Counted from the first letter of the whole stretch, positions 48,049-59,671 are shown. The stretch is DNA of 63,885 nucleotides, filler included, from an uncultured bacterium (GCA_964471275.1; 5 parts of 5 records of this genome joined end to end with filler, not necessarily neighbours in it); one strand, 5' to 3'. Numbers and translations: made by a program. Notes: generated by a model from the letters alone, not told the origin.

Positions 48049-48308
48049 TGACGAATGCGCGCCCGTGCACGTGTCCTGTGACGTGAGAACGGGATTTCTT
48101 ACTCCGATGTAGACACAATTTTCCAAGGCGCACTCCGTAGTTTGCTCCGACATTTGAAAATAGGGTTGCAATTGCCTTGTGTCAAGCGAGTGCACACAAC
48201 TCAAGTGGGAACAGCAACTTACTCTTGTCCCGTATCTGTGATGGGCCTACATTTTCGCCGGATGACGAGCCACACCGGTTCGTCGTATTTGTGACGAGGC
48301 AGAAGGTC

Positions 48309-49339
48309 ATGTTGTTTTGGCTGGGTGAAAACGCAACCGATGTCTACGGGCCCTTCCGCCTGCTGACGTCGTATCTGTTTCTCTACGGGTTGGNNNNNNN
48401 NNNCTGATTCTGGCCCCGAAGCTCTGGGGAATGCTTCCGCGTGATCAGGGCCGGCAGTTCGCGGTCGATGCCGAAAAGAGCCAGGGCAAACCTGTTGGGG
48501 CTGGGATCATCTTTATCCCGATTTTCCTTGGCGTCTGCTTGTTGGTCGTTCCAAGTGACGCCCGTATTCTTGCAACGCTCGGCTGCATGTTCCTGTTGAT
48601 GGTTGCGGGCTACCTGGACGATCGGGCCGGTGGCCTCAGTGAGTATGTTCTCGGCATCGTTGATCTCATCATCGGCATCTTTGGCGCCATGGCGATCTGT
48701 GGGCTCGAGGCCTATCACCTGTGGCTGCCGTTTGTTAAGACAGAACTGACGGTCTCACCATGGATTTTTGTCCCCTGTGCGGCTATACTCATCTGGCTTG
48801 CGATCAACGCAACCAACTGCACAGACGGGGTCGACGGGCTTTCCGCGAGTCTCTGCGGCATGGGGTTCATCTATCTGGCGGGATTCCTGTACGGTGTCGT
48901 CGGACATCGCGAAGTCGCCCGGTATCTGCTCGTTCCACACTACCAGGATGGGGCCACGTGGGCAATTCTGGCATTTGTGATGGCGGGATGTCTTGCTGGC
49001 TACCTTTGGTATAACGCGAACCCAAGCAAGGTACTGATGGGAGATGCCGGCTCGCGACCGATGGGCTTCCTGCTCGGGAGTCTCGTCCTGGCCTGCGGGA
49101 ATCCTATTTTGATCTTCGTCGTCGCCGGCGTGGTGCTGGTCAACGGCGCCTCGGTGATCCTGAAAGTGGCACTCCTGCGTTTCTTCAAGATCTGGATCTT
49201 CAAAGAGATCCGATACCCCCTCCACGACCACTTCCGCCACAACAAAGGCTGGTCGAACACCCAGGTGCTGGTGCGGTTCATGTTGCTTCAGGCAGTGGGT
49301 ACACCTTTGTTGCTCGTCGTTCTCTTGAAAATCAGGTAA
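48309..49339 (+). CDS. mraY: Phospho-N-acetylmuramoyl-pentapeptide transferase (contains a 10-N gap)
   Basis: ATG 48309 (MLFWLGEN..GPFRLL), GKPVGAG, GYLDD, NATNCTDGVDGL, WYNANPSKVLMGDAGS, PLHDHF, VLVRF. Confidence 0.88.
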
Positions 49340-49494
49340 GCAAGCAGGTAGATCGGCAGGTAGGTAAGTCGCGTGATCTCGAAGACCGGCTTGGTGACTC
49401 CGTGTGCCTGGCGGTATATTGTGGTGGCAGGTATGCAGGAGACGACAATCCTAGCGTTATCACTTGTGTACAGTCGTAGGATTGGAGAAAACGC

Positions 49495-50847
49495 GTGGCG
49501 ACAAAGCAAGAATTAAAACAGCGGATCAATGAGGCCATCGATCGCAGGAAGGATCAGATTGAGGGGATCGGCGATCGCATCATGGCGAACCCGGAGCTCG
49601 GCTTCAAGGAATTCGAGACTGCGAAACTGGTCGCAGAAACGATGGCAGAGTTCGGGTTTGAGACGGAGACCGGTCTGGCGCGAACGGGTGTAAAGACGGT
49701 GTTGAAGGGCAAGCGGCCAGGGCCGACGGTTGCGCTGATCGGGGAGCTCGATTCATTGGGTGTATCGGGTCATCCGATGGTGAATCCGGAAACCGGTGCG
49801 GCCCACGCCTGTGGCCACAACGCACAGATCGCCGGGCTGATGGGGGCGATGATGGCGATCGCGGATACGCGTGCCGCCGAATTTCTTGCAGGGAATATCG
49901 TCTTCTTTGCTGTGCCCGCGGAGGAGTATGTCGAAGTTGAGTTCAGACGGGATCTCGTCAAGGCGGGAGAGCTATCGCTTCTGGGTGGAAAGTGCGAACT
50001 GATCAAGCAGGGCTGTTTCGACGACATCGATGTGGCGATGATGATCCACACGCATAGCGACGAGTCGATGAAGAAGACGGGCGTGTCGACGTCGAGTAAC
50101 GGGTTCGTGTCCAAGCTGATCCGGTTCATCGGGAAGGCGGCACACTCAGGCGGATCACCTCATCTCGGGATCAACGCCCTGAATGCCGCGCAGATCGCAA
50201 TCAACGCGATGCATGCACAGCGGGAGACATTCAGGGATTCGGATTCTATTCGCGTGCATCCAATCATTACCAAGGGTGGCGATATCGTGAACGTCGTCCC
50301 GGCAGAGGTCACAATGGAAACCTACGTTCGGGGACGAACGACGGAGGCGATCCTGGATGCGAACGCGAAGGTGGACCGGGCGTTGCGTGCAGGCGCCCTG
50401 GCTGTAGGCGCGCGGGTCGAGATTGAGACGCTTCCAGGCTACATGCCGCTTTCGAATGACGCGACGATGGTCGACATGTTCGAGGAGACCTCTGCTGAGC
50501 TATTCGGTGAGGGGGAACTGAGCAGGGCCGGGCACCGAACGGGCTCGACAGACATGGGCGATGTGTCACACCTCATGCCGGCGATTCATCCGATGATGGC
50601 AGGCGCGAGCGGGCCGGGACACAGCCGTGACTGGCATATCTCAGACAAGGAAATGGGGTATCTTGCCCCGGCGAGGTCGCTCGCGACTATGGCCGTCGAT
50701 CTGCTCTATGATGACGCAGCAGGGGCAAAGGCCGTGATCGAGAATCACAAGCCGTTGATGTCGAAGACTGAATACCTGGCGTTTCAGGAAGGGGTGTTCA
50801 AAACTGAGATGTATGACGGTGAGATGGGTGAGTCCAAGGTCAACTGA
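49495..50847 (+). CDS. M20 amidohydrolase
   Basis: PELGFKE, GELD, HACGHNAQ, PAEE, GKAAH, GSTDMGDVSH. Confidence 0.93.
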   Translation: MATKQELKQRINEAIDRRKDQIEGIGDRIMANPELGFKEFETAKLVAETMAEFGFETETGLARTGVKTVLKGKRPGPTVALIGELDSLGVSGHPMVNPETGAAHACGHNAQIAGLMGAMMAIADTRAAEFLAGNIVFFAVPAEEYVEVEFRRDLVKAGELSLLGGKCELIKQGCFDDIDVAMMIHTHSDESMKKTGVSTSSNGFVSKLIRFIGKAAHSGGSPHLGINALNAAQIAINAMHAQRETFRDSDSIRVHPIITKGGDIVNVVPAEVTMETYVRGRTTEAILDANAKVDRALRAGALAVGARVEIETLPGYMPLSNDATMVDMFEETSAELFGEGELSRAGHRTGSTDMGDVSHLMPAIHPMMAGASGPGHSRDWHISDKEMGYLAPARSLATMAVDLLYDDAAGAKAVIENHKPLMSKTEYLAFQEGVFKTEMYDGEMGESKVN

Positions 50848-51001
50848 CAATTTCTTCAGAATGCTTGTATCACTTCGCGCCTTCAGCCTTCCGGTTGAGG
50901 GCGTCTTGCTTTGGTCGCGGGATCCTCTGTTATGCTGGGTATCCTGGAGGCGAGTAAAATGGAGTTCGCTGTTTGCTGGAAGATTTAGGCCGTGACGCGC
51001 G

Positions 51002-52048
51002 TTACAATTCAAGCATTCGCTGAACCGATTTAAGCGCCCTGACCCGGATATCCTCCGGGACGTTGATTTCCTGCTCGTCGTTCCGGAGTGCGTTCAGGGT
51101 GTCCTCAAGCGTGATCTCGTTCATATGCGGACAACGGATGCTGCAGAGCCTCACCATCTCCTTCTCCGGCGCCATAGCAGCGATGTTGTCTCCCATGCTG
51201 CATTCGGTCAACAGGAGATAGTGATGCTTGTCCGAGTCCTTTACGAAGTTGACCATCGCTGATGTGCTGCTCGAGAAGTCGGATGCGGTGACGACTTCGG
51301 GACTGCATTCGGGGTGGGCGAGGACCAGCACGTCCGGGAACTGGGTGCGCACGTTCTTGATGTCCTCCACCGTGAACTTCTCGTGGACTTCACATCGACC
51401 GTGCCAACCGATCATCTGGTAGTCTACACCCGGTTTCGGATCCTTTACTACATCCCGAGTCGGGAAGATGATCTTCTTGCCCGTCTCCTTCGCCACGTTA
51501 GCGGCCAGATACTCATCCGGCAGGAAGATAATCGTCTCGTCTTCGAACGAATTGACCACACGCGCCGCGTTGCCTGAGGTGCAGCACACATCGGTCTCTG
51601 CCTTGACGTCTGCGTAGGTGTTGATGTAGGTGACGACCGGGACGCCCGGAAACCGTGCTTTCAATTCCCGCACGTCGTCTGCCGTGATGCTTTCGGCAAG
51701 GGAACAGCCGGCACGCTTGGCGGGCAGCAGAACCTTCTTGCCCGGGTTCAGGATCTTCGCGGTCTCTGCCATAAACCTGACGCCGCAGAAGACAATGGGG
51801 TCGGCGTCTGTTTCAGCGGCCCGGCGGCTCAATTCCAGTGAGTCTCCGACAACATCGGGGACGGAGTGAAAGAGTGCCGGTTCCATGTAGTTGTGGCCGA
51901 GGATTATCGCACCACGTTCTTTCTTCAACTGATTGATTTCGTAAGCGAGCTCTGCTTTGTAGCGCAACTCGATTTCTGGCACGATACCGGTCAGCTTCTC
52001 CTGCATCGCTTTGAAAGTCGCTTCAAGCGTATCCGCCTGAATGCCCAT
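51002..52048 (-). CDS. nadA: Quinolinate synthase
   Basis: GHNY, GDSLEL, FCGVRFMAETAK, GCSLA, YINT, CEVH, AHPEC, CPHM. Confidence 0.97.
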   Translation of the reverse strand: MGIQADTLEATFKAMQEKLTGIVPEIELRYKAELAYEINQLKKERGAIILGHNYMEPALFHSVPDVVGDSLELSRRAAETDADPIVFCGVRFMAETAKILNPGKKVLLPAKRAGCSLAESITADDVRELKARFPGVPVVTYINTYADVKAETDVCCTSGNAARVVNSFEDETIIFLPDEYLAANVAKETGKKIIFPTRDVVKDPKPGVDYQMIGWHGRCEVHEKFTVEDIKNVRTQFPDVLVLAHPECSPEVVTASDFSSSTSAMVNFVKDSDKHHYLLLTECSMGDNIAAMAPEKEMVRLCSIRCPHMNEITLEDTLNALRNDEQEINVPEDIRVRALKSVQRMLEL

Positions 52049-52166
52049 ATCGGATAGACTCCAGTGCTACGACGTGAACGTCTACGGCGTCAGGGCTGCT
52101 CCCCGACCGAACTGCGCTTAAGATATCACAACGATCGAGCTGCTGCAACTTCGCCCAGAATATGAC

Positions 52167-53755
52167 CTAGGCTGCCTGTTCGAATGTCTCCTGTTCTGCC
52201 TCACGTCCAAGCCACCGTGCAAGCGTGGTCTGGGCATCGCTGAGGATCAGATACAGGGTCGGTACCAGTATGAGCGTGATGAATGTGGCAAACAGGACGC
52301 CGAATCCGAGTGAAATCGCCATGGGGATCAGGAACTGTGCCTGAAGACTCTTCTCGAGAAGAATCGGTGTAAGTCCTAGAAATGTCGTCACGGACGTCAG
52401 GAGGATCGGGCGAAAACGCTGGGCACCCGCCTCGCGGATCGAGTCGGACAACGACTTTCCAGCGTCTCGGTTCTTGTTGATGAAGTCAACCATGACCAGG
52501 CTGTCGTTAACGACCACGCCTGTGAGTGCGACAACACCGAACATTGAGAGCATCGTCAGATCCTTACCCATGATCAGGTGACCCCAAACGGCGCCAACGA
52601 CCCCAAACGGGATGGCGCTCATAACGATCAAGGGCTGGGTGTAAGATTTGAACGGGATGGCAAGCAGAATGTAGATCATCATCAGGGCAAAGGTGAAGCT
52701 CCCACCCAGCCCGGACATGGTCTCTGCCTGTTCGCGCTGTTCTCCCTCGAGCGTGTACCGAACCCTTGGATAGTCGGCCAGGATCTTCGGCAGCACATTC
52801 GCGGTCAGGTCGGCAATGATCTCGTTCGCGTTGGCGACCTTGACGTCCACGTCGGCCGTGACGTTGACGACCTTCTGCCGGTCCTTCCGCTGGATGGACG
52901 CGAACCCACGGCCGATCTCGGCGTCTGCAGCTACGGAAAACGGGACCTCGGCGCCCGACGGTGTCCGAATTCTCATCTTCTCCAGATCGCCGAGCGACCG
53001 CCGTTCGGATGCCGGGTAGCGGACCATCACCCTTACATCGTCCCGTCCCCGCTGGATCCTCTGGGCTTCCTCACCATAGAACGCCTGACGCACCTGTCGT
53101 CCAAGGTCCAGGAGTGTTAAACCGAGTGTTTCGGCCGCCTTTGTCAGCGTGAGTTTGACCTCCTTCTTTCCCGGACGAAAGGAATCACTGATGCCGGAGA
53201 CGCCCGGATATTCAGTCAATCGAGACTTGAGTTTAGCAGCAACAAGCTGAAGCTCATCGTAGGATTGCCCGGCGAATTGGACGTTTATCGGATTCCCAAG
53301 CGAGAACAGGTTGGAAGAGAAGGTCAGCGTCGTAGCGTCGGGGATAGATCCAACTCGCTCACGCCACCTGCGTGAAACCTCGGAGGCACTAACGGAGCGG
53401 TCCTCGGCCGGCGTCAACTCCATGTTGATCTCACCCAGGTGCGCTGCCGAGAAGGCCCCCACGCTTCCACCCGAATTGTTCTGTTGGATGCGGATTGACG
53501 GTTGGTCACCGACAGATGCCAGCATATGTTTGAAGATTTGTTCCGGCGCCTCGGCTTCGATTTCCTCACGCATCTCGATGGCAGCCCTTTCGATCCGGGC
53601 GATCGCTTCTGCAGTGATCTCGGCCGGTGTTCCGCGTGGCATTTCGAGAATTGCGATCACATTATCGGCGTCGACCGGTGGGAAGAAGACGAACTTGATG
53701 AGCCCTCCGCCGACCATCCCGATCGTCAGGAAGAGCGTCGTCAGGCCCCAACTGA
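52167..53755 (-). CDS. RND efflux permease (AcrB family), C-terminal half
   Basis: MPRGT, QPLIVMSAIPF, ALTGVVVNDSLV, RFRPILLTS.TT..GL.P; 5' cut by contig edge. Confidence 0.92.
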
Positions 53756-53855
53756 NNNNNNNNNNNNNNNNNNNNNNNNNNNNNNNNNNNNNNNNNNNNT
53801 TAATTAATTAANNNNNNNNNNNNNNNNNNNNNNNNNNNNNNNNNNNNNNNNNNNN
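53756..53855. other. Artificial contig spacer
   Basis: N44-TTAATTAATTAA-N44. Confidence 0.99.
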
Positions 53856-54549
53856 GATCAACACCCTCCAGGCACGGGGTGATTTCCATCGGGTTCTGCA
53901 TTGGCGAGAGCTGTTTATGCGTGAGGGGGGCAAACTCCACTTTATCGCCCAGACGGCCTCCGAAATGTTTGATCTGTTCTCGAACATACGTGTTATCGCC
54001 GCGGCAGGTGCCGAGGCGATCTACCATCACGGCTCTCGGACCGACAACCTGTGGCTGGACGGTCGGATCGACAAGGTCGAGGATCATCTGAAGTGCATGC
54101 GGGACACCGGTGTCCAGGTGGGGATCGCGTCTCATATCCCGGAAGTGCTGGACTACGTCGAGGATAAGGGGTGGGACGTCGACTTCTACATGACCTGCTT
54201 CTACAACCTGAACAAGGCGAAGCGTGAGAGCGCCCTGGTGGATCCGTTTAATGCCGGCGCGCTCGAGGCGTTTCGCGAAGACGATCCGCCCAGGATGATC
54301 CGGTTTATCAACCAGACGGACAAGCAGTGCATGGCATTCAAGTTTCTGGCCGCCAGCAGAAAGTGCAGGTCGCAAGAGGACGTGCGGGAGGCGTTCGAGT
54401 ATGTGTTCGACAACATCAAGCCGGGGGATGCGACAATTGCCGGTATGTTCCCGAAATATGTGGATCAGATAAAATTGAACGTGGAGCACTCGCTGGCGGC
54501 AATAGCGAAGGCGGAGGGAGAGGAGAGAGCGGAAGCTGCCGACGATTAG
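53856..54549 (+). CDS. Conserved hypothetical protein (TIM-barrel/aldo-keto-like), 5' partial
   Basis: YHHG, VGIASHIP, DFYMTCFYN, AFKFLAA.R, IKPGD, GMFP. Confidence 0.65.
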
Positions 54550-54563
54550 AGTCGGGTCTCAGG

Positions 54564-54607
54564 GATGTGATGTGAATCAGGGCGACGACTCGATGAGTTG
54601 TCGCCCT
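54564..54607 (+). repeat. REP-like hairpin / terminator
   Basis: GATGTG.. then AGGGCGACGACTC-gat-GAGTTGTCGCCCT; similar ends to the 13964-14042 units. Confidence 0.5.
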
Positions 54608-54802
54608 TCCCTGTGATGCTAAGGTTCAGGATCGTAAATACTGGTTGAGAATGTTGACGGCTGCCTCCTGACTGTGCAACAACCCTAGTGCGACGGATAC
54701 GATGATCTGCCCAGGCGCCGAAGGAGTTCTCCTTTGTCTTCTGCCTGTGGACCGCGGCGCTCACAAGTCTCTACGGAGGCTTGAAACCCTTGGTCGCTTA
54801 CG

Positions 54803-54839
54803 AAAAAGGAAGCCCACGTCTCTTGCGAGACGTGGGCTT
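54803..54839 (-). terminator. Intrinsic terminator of the Mo-hydroxylase operon
   Basis: AAGCCCACGTCTC-N4-GAGACGTGGGCTT then CCTTTTT on the minus strand. Confidence 0.8.
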
Positions 54840-54876
54840 GAGGTTGGCGATCACGCCATAACCTAAATGGCGGTGT

Positions 54877-55380
54877 CTACTTGGCGGCGGCCTTTGCCTT
54901 CTTGGCTGCGCGCCGTTTCATCACCTTGCTGGCATCCTGAACCGCTTCCGTGATTTTTGTATAGCCGGTGCAGCGGCAGAGGTTGCCCGCGAGTGCCGTC
55001 TGAACCTCCGCATCCGAGGGATCTGGGTTCTCCTCGAGCAATGCAGTCGTTGAGACGATCAAGCCCGCCGTGCAGAAGCCACACTGCAGACCGCCCTTCT
55101 TGATGAAGGATTCCTGAACGGGGTGCAGCTTGTCGCCTTCGGCGATGCCCTCAACCGTCGTGATATCCTGGCCGTCGGCTTCCACTGCAAGGATGAGACA
55201 CGAGGTATATGTTTCGCCATCCATCAGGACGGTACACGCCCCGCAGTCACCCGTGCTGCAGCCCTCCTTCGTCCCTGTGAGATGCAGCTGATCACGCAGC
55301 AAGGCCAGCAGGGTCTTGCGCGGTTCCACCGATACGTCGTAGCGTTGACCGTTGACGGTCAGACTGATGTCGTGTTTCAC
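54877..55380 (-). CDS. Xanthine dehydrogenase family 2Fe-2S subunit (CoxS-like)
   Basis: GTKEGCSTGDCGACTV, QCGFCT, GNLCRCTGY. Confidence 0.95.
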   Translation of the reverse strand: MKHDISLTVNGQRYDVSVEPRKTLLALLRDQLHLTGTKEGCSTGDCGACTVLMDGETYTSCLILAVEADGQDITTVEGIAEGDKLHPVQESFIKKGGLQCGFCTAGLIVSTTALLEENPDPSDAEVQTALAGNLCRCTGYTKITEAVQDASKVMKRRAAKKAKAAAK

Positions 55381-56270
55381 GCCGCCCTCCTTTTTGAGAT
55401 CGGCGTGCGCGCGTTGTCCGCTGCTGCCGTTACCATTCGTTCTGTGAGAACACGGACGAGATTCCGACGGAATTCCTCCGATGCACGGATGTCGCTGATC
55501 GGTCGAGCTTCGACCGAAGCTGCCTCAGCTGCTTGTGCGATCAGGGCCGGAGTCAATTCCTGGCCTCGGAGCACGGATTCGGCGTGTGTGGCCCGCATAG
55601 GTACGGGGGCGACGGCTCCGAGCGCGATCTTCACCTCACTGCACACGTTGTGTCTCGGGATGAGCGTTATGGCAGCACCGACACCGACAACGGCGATGTC
55701 CATCGCGACGCGAGGCGTATGACGAACATACGCAGATCCTGTTCTCGCAGCGGGCGTGGGAATCTGGAGACCGGCGACGAACTCACCGCGTTTCAGGTCC
55801 CGCTTGCCGGGACCGGTTATGAAATTTTCGACGAGTATCGAGCGTCGGCCGTTTGGACCGGAGATGTTGACCTTACCCCCGTGTATGATCACGCCTGGCG
55901 CGGTGTCTGCTGATGGTGCGGCGTTACAGATGTTCCCGATGACCGTTGCCCGATTCCGAATTTGCGTGGATCCGATGAATGCTGCGCCCTGCGCCAGGGC
56001 CGGGTAGCGATCGAGGACCGTTGCGTGTCGTTCGGTCTGCCGAACACTGACGGCAGGACCGAGGATCAGGCCGGTCTTGGTAGAGAAGCGAATCTCATCC
56101 GCTTTCGGAAGTCGCTTGATGTCGATGACAACCGAGGGCTGGTACACGCGGACCTTCATGCGAACCAGCAGATCTGTCCCGCCTGCTAGGATCATCGCGT
56201 CGGGATGCTTCTTGAGCAACTGCGACGCTTCTTTGGCTGTTTTGGGTTGGTAGTAATCGAAGGCGTTCAT
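55377..56270 (-). CDS. Xanthine dehydrogenase family FAD subunit (CoxM-like)
   Basis: LAGGTDL, QIRNRATVIGN, P.SDIRAS..FR. Confidence 0.95.
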   Translation of the reverse strand: MNAFDYYQPKTAKEASQLLKKHPDAMILAGGTDLLVRMKVRVYQPSVVIDIKRLPKADEIRFSTKTGLILGPAVSVRQTERHATVLDRYPALAQGAAFIGSTQIRNRATVIGNICNAAPSADTAPGVIIHGGKVNISGPNGRRSILVENFITGPGKRDLKRGEFVAGLQIPTPAARTGSAYVRHTPRVAMDIAVVGVGAAITLIPRHNVCSEVKIALGAVAPVPMRATHAESVLRGQELTPALIAQAAEAASVEARPISDIRASEEFRRNLVRVLTERMVTAAADNARTPISKRRAA

Positions 56271-58471
56271 TCTGCTGCCTCCTTTTCTTTCAGTGCTTTC
56301 AATAGACGCTCCGGCGTGATCGGTATCTGGGTGACGCGGACTCCGACGGCATCGTAGATCGCGTTAATGATGGCTGCGGCTCCGGGGATGATTGGCGGTT
56401 CACCGACACCCTTTGCGCCGTAAGGTCCGTGTGCGCATTCCTGCTCTACGAGGACGGTCCTGACCTTGGGCATATCACCAATGGTCGGGATCGCGTAGTC
56501 GAGAAGGTTCGGGTTTCCGACGCGACCGTCGCTGTCATAGACCATTCCCTCCATCAAACCATAGGCTACAGCCTGGACGGCCCCGCCCTCAATCTGTCCC
56601 TCGACCAGCATCGGGTTGAGGGCGCGACCCACATCCTGGGCGGCTACGAGGTCGATGAGCACCACCCGCCCCGTTTCTCTATCCACTTCCACCGTAGCGA
56701 CGTTGACGGCATAGGATGGGTAGCTCGGGATCGAGCCAACGACCGAGGTGCCGAGGATTGGTCCGTTAGCTGAACCGTTGGCATAGTCGGCGATCTCGGA
56801 AAGGGCGACGGCACGATCGGGTGACCCCGTTACGCTGACCTTCCCCTCGCCGATCTCGACATCCGCCGGGGACGCCTCGAGTAGGCCTGCGCCGACGGTG
56901 AGAAACTGCTTACGGGCGTGCTCACCGGCCCGACGTGCGGCTGTGCCGGCCGTGTAGGCTGCCTTGCTGCCGGCGCTGAGCGAGGTGTAAGGCACCTTGT
57001 CCGTGTCGCCGAGCGTGACGGTGACCTTGTCAACAGAGATGTGTAACTCCTCTGCGACAATCTGAGCCATCACGGTGTGCAGACCCGTGATATCCACCTG
57101 GCCCGTGAGCACGGTGACAGATCCGTCTCCCGCCATTGTGACAAAGGCACTAGTCGCACCCGAGCCGTTTCGCCAGTCACCGCAGGCCACGCCGACGCCC
57201 TGGTTCTTCTTCAGCTTGCGCTTGCCCCATCTTGCTTCCTTTGCAGCGGCCTGTAACGTGTCGCGCAGCCATTCGTGGGGGATCGGCGCGCCGGTGGGTG
57301 ACAGATGTCCGGGTCCGACGGCGTTTTTCATCCGGAGCTCGATCGGATCGATCCCCAGTTTATCAGCGAGCATATCCAGGTTGGATTCGCGGGCAACAGC
57401 CATCTGCGGCGCGCCTGGTGCGCGAAACGCTCCCGGGGCCGGCTTATTCGTCCGGACACCGAGCGCTTCGAGCTGTGTGTTCTGTATGACATACGGTCCG
57501 ATGAGCCGATTCACTGCGCCGCTACGGCCGGAGATTCCGCCGTCCCAGGCGATAAGTCCCTCGACCGCCGTGATCGTACCGTCTTTGGTACCGGCTGTCT
57601 TCAGCCGCACCCAGCACCCGGGAGCCGGTCGACCGTCGCAAAACTCTTCCTCGCGACTGAGCAGCATCTTGACAGGACGTCCCGTTCTCATAGTCGCGAG
57701 AACCGTGTGTGCTTCCAGGAAGGGACCGTTCTTGGCACCGAAGCCTCCGCCCATCTCAAGGGGGATGACCCGTATGTTCCCTTCGGGGATCTTAAGCGTG
57801 CCGGCTACAGAGTCGCGAATGTTGAAGGATCCCTGGCACGATGTCCACAGTGTGATCCGCCCATCCGGTTCGACACGTGCCGTGCAGGAATTCGGCTCCA
57901 TATACGTCTGGTGCCAGAAAGGCATCCTGTAGATCGCTTCCACGATGGCGTCCGCCTTCGCGAAGGCTTCTTCGACGTTCCCGTCAGTGTGCTCGCTTCG
58001 TGCCGCGATGTTCTGAAGCCGGTGACCATCGTTGTCCAGAACCTCCTCCGTCGGTGTACCCTCGATGACGTGAGGCGCATCGGGCTGCATCGCTGCAAAG
58101 GGATCGGTGCAGGACGGCAGGATTTTGTATTTGACCTCGATCAGATTGACACCGTCATCTGCGATGTCGGGATCTTCCGCGACGACAATCGCGATCCGGT
58201 CGCCCTGGTAGCGCGCCTCTTTGGCAGCCAGAAGGGATGTTCCCCTCGTTTCCCGGGCGGTGATGACGTCCACAACACCTGGAAGTGCCAGCGCCTTCGA
58301 CACGTCGATTGACCGGATCAACGCGTGCGCGTGCGGGCTATGCAAGATGCGTCCGTGCAGCATCCCGGCAAGATGGATGTCGTCAGCGTAGGTGGTCCGG
58401 CCGGTGACGATATCGGGACCGTTCAGTCTGCCGGTGCGCTGTCCGACGGAACGCAGAGTCTGTTCAGGCAT
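56267..58471 (-). CDS. Xanthine dehydrogenase family molybdopterin subunit
   Basis: SPHAHA, YMEP, MGGGFG, GAFRAPG, GQIEGG, GAKGVGEPP. Confidence 0.95.
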   Translation of the reverse strand: MPEQTLRSVGQRTGRLNGPDIVTGRTTYADDIHLAGMLHGRILHSPHAHALIRSIDVSKALALPGVVDVITARETRGTSLLAAKEARYQGDRIAIVVAEDPDIADDGVNLIEVKYKILPSCTDPFAAMQPDAPHVIEGTPTEEVLDNDGHRLQNIAARSEHTDGNVEEAFAKADAIVEAIYRMPFWHQTYMEPNSCTARVEPDGRITLWTSCQGSFNIRDSVAGTLKIPEGNIRVIPLEMGGGFGAKNGPFLEAHTVLATMRTGRPVKMLLSREEEFCDGRPAPGCWVRLKTAGTKDGTITAVEGLIAWDGGISGRSGAVNRLIGPYVIQNTQLEALGVRTNKPAPGAFRAPGAPQMAVARESNLDMLADKLGIDPIELRMKNAVGPGHLSPTGAPIPHEWLRDTLQAAAKEARWGKRKLKKNQGVGVACGDWRNGSGATSAFVTMAGDGSVTVLTGQVDITGLHTVMAQIVAEELHISVDKVTVTLGDTDKVPYTSLSAGSKAAYTAGTAARRAGEHARKQFLTVGAGLLEASPADVEIGEGKVSVTGSPDRAVALSEIADYANGSANGPILGTSVVGSIPSYPSYAVNVATVEVDRETGRVVLIDLVAAQDVGRALNPMLVEGQIEGGAVQAVAYGLMEGMVYDSDGRVGNPNLLDYAIPTIGDMPKVRTVLVEQECAHGPYGAKGVGEPPIIPGAAAIINAIYDAVGVRVTQIPITPERLLKALKEKEAAE

Positions 58472-58913
58472 ACATTTGGCTCCGTTTCATATGGGTTGCG
58501 GGCAAGCCATTCTTGACCGCGCTACAATTTCGTTGTGCTCTGTGTGGTTTCTGGAAAACCCCAAAATGCCTACGTGCCAGCTCCGGGGCAAAGGGCCTTT
58601 CTGTGTATATAAACATCTATTTATGTATGCGCACGATACGGTTGGGGTCGTTCGTTGTCAAACGTGGCGGGCTCTTTGCAGGAAACCAGCTGAAGAGACC
58701 TCCGATCCCGTTTCAACCCGACCGAGGAATAACCGATATCGTGTCTAGAGCCGTCAGCACACCTTCTGACGGGGCTGAATCGTAATTTCCTATTTGACAA
58801 TGATTTGCGTAATTGCCCCTTGTGACAAAGTACACCTGTACTCAAGCCTGTCGTCTCTATACTTATTACTGTCATCTGTGTTCTGAGAGTGCAATGCCAT
58901 TCCGCGATCTGAT

Positions 58914-59669
58914 GTGTCATTGATTCGCACCATACTCCTCGTCATCTATGGCGGTCTGTTTTCCGGCCCTGTCACCGGTCAAACAGATCTGTCCCTCGCA
59001 GGTCGCGTGCTGTATCAGACGGATCGAGACGGAAACGACGAGATCTACGTGATGGACCTGGATGGCTCCGGCCAGACTCGGCTGACGAGCAACGCGAGCG
59101 GGGAGCAAAACCCGACGTGGTCGCCCAAGGGAGATCAAGTGGTCTACCAAACGGACCGTGATGGCAACTGGGAAGTCTACGTCAAGGACAGCGACGGGGC
59201 CAACGAGACCAACCTAACGAACGACGCCTCCCTGGATGGATCGCCCTCCTGGTCACCCGATGAGAGCAGAATCGCCTTTCAGACGAATCGCGACGGCAAT
59301 TTCGAGATTTACGTGATGGACCCGGACGGGTTGAATCTGACGAGGCTGACCACTGACGGCGCGGATGACATTATCCCCAGATGGTCACCTGACGGGAGCC
59401 AGATCGTGTTTCAGTCGCTTCGGGACGGCGACTACGAGATCTACACGATGGATGCGAATGGGTCGAACCAGATGTGAATCACCGCAGACGCCGGTTCCGA
59501 TGAACTCGCGGAATGGTCACCGGACGGTGCGAGGATTGCCTGGTCTACAGATCGTGATGGCGACTGCAAGATCTATTCAATGGATCCGGACGCTACGAAT
59601 CTGACTCGTCTGACGACCGACGCGGGGACGGATATCCAACCCTCCTGGTCTGCGGATGGCAACAAGTGA
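58914..59669 (+). pseudogene. TolB/PD40 beta-propeller protein with internal TGA and truncated end
   Basis: Signal peptide, repeats DRDG..EIYVM..DG...RLT....P.WSPDG. The frame continues past TGA 59475-59477 (ITADAGSDELAEWSPDG...SWSADGNK*). Confidence 0.85.
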
Positions 59670-59671
59670 AG

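Noticed and set aside
47883..48240. T-box riboswitch upstream of thrS
   Set aside because: No AGGGTGGNACCGCG T-box motif found; the leader-peptide model fits better.
56267..58471. Aerobic CO dehydrogenase (coxL)
   Set aside because: Lacks the AYxCSFR/AYRGAGR signatures and the M-S-L order.
58472..58913. Moco riboswitch or sigma54 promoter upstream of the Mo enzyme
   Set aside because: No recognisable Moco RNA motif; TGGCAC is not followed by GC at the required spacing.
59475..59477. In-frame TGA in the TolB-like gene as selenocysteine or read-through
   Set aside because: The position corresponds to Arg in the TRLT repeat (CGA to TGA), not Cys, and the gene is also truncated.
59020..59660. 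Regular ~130-nt repeats resembling an array
   Set aside because: Protein-coding PD40/TolB propeller repeats, not CRISPR.
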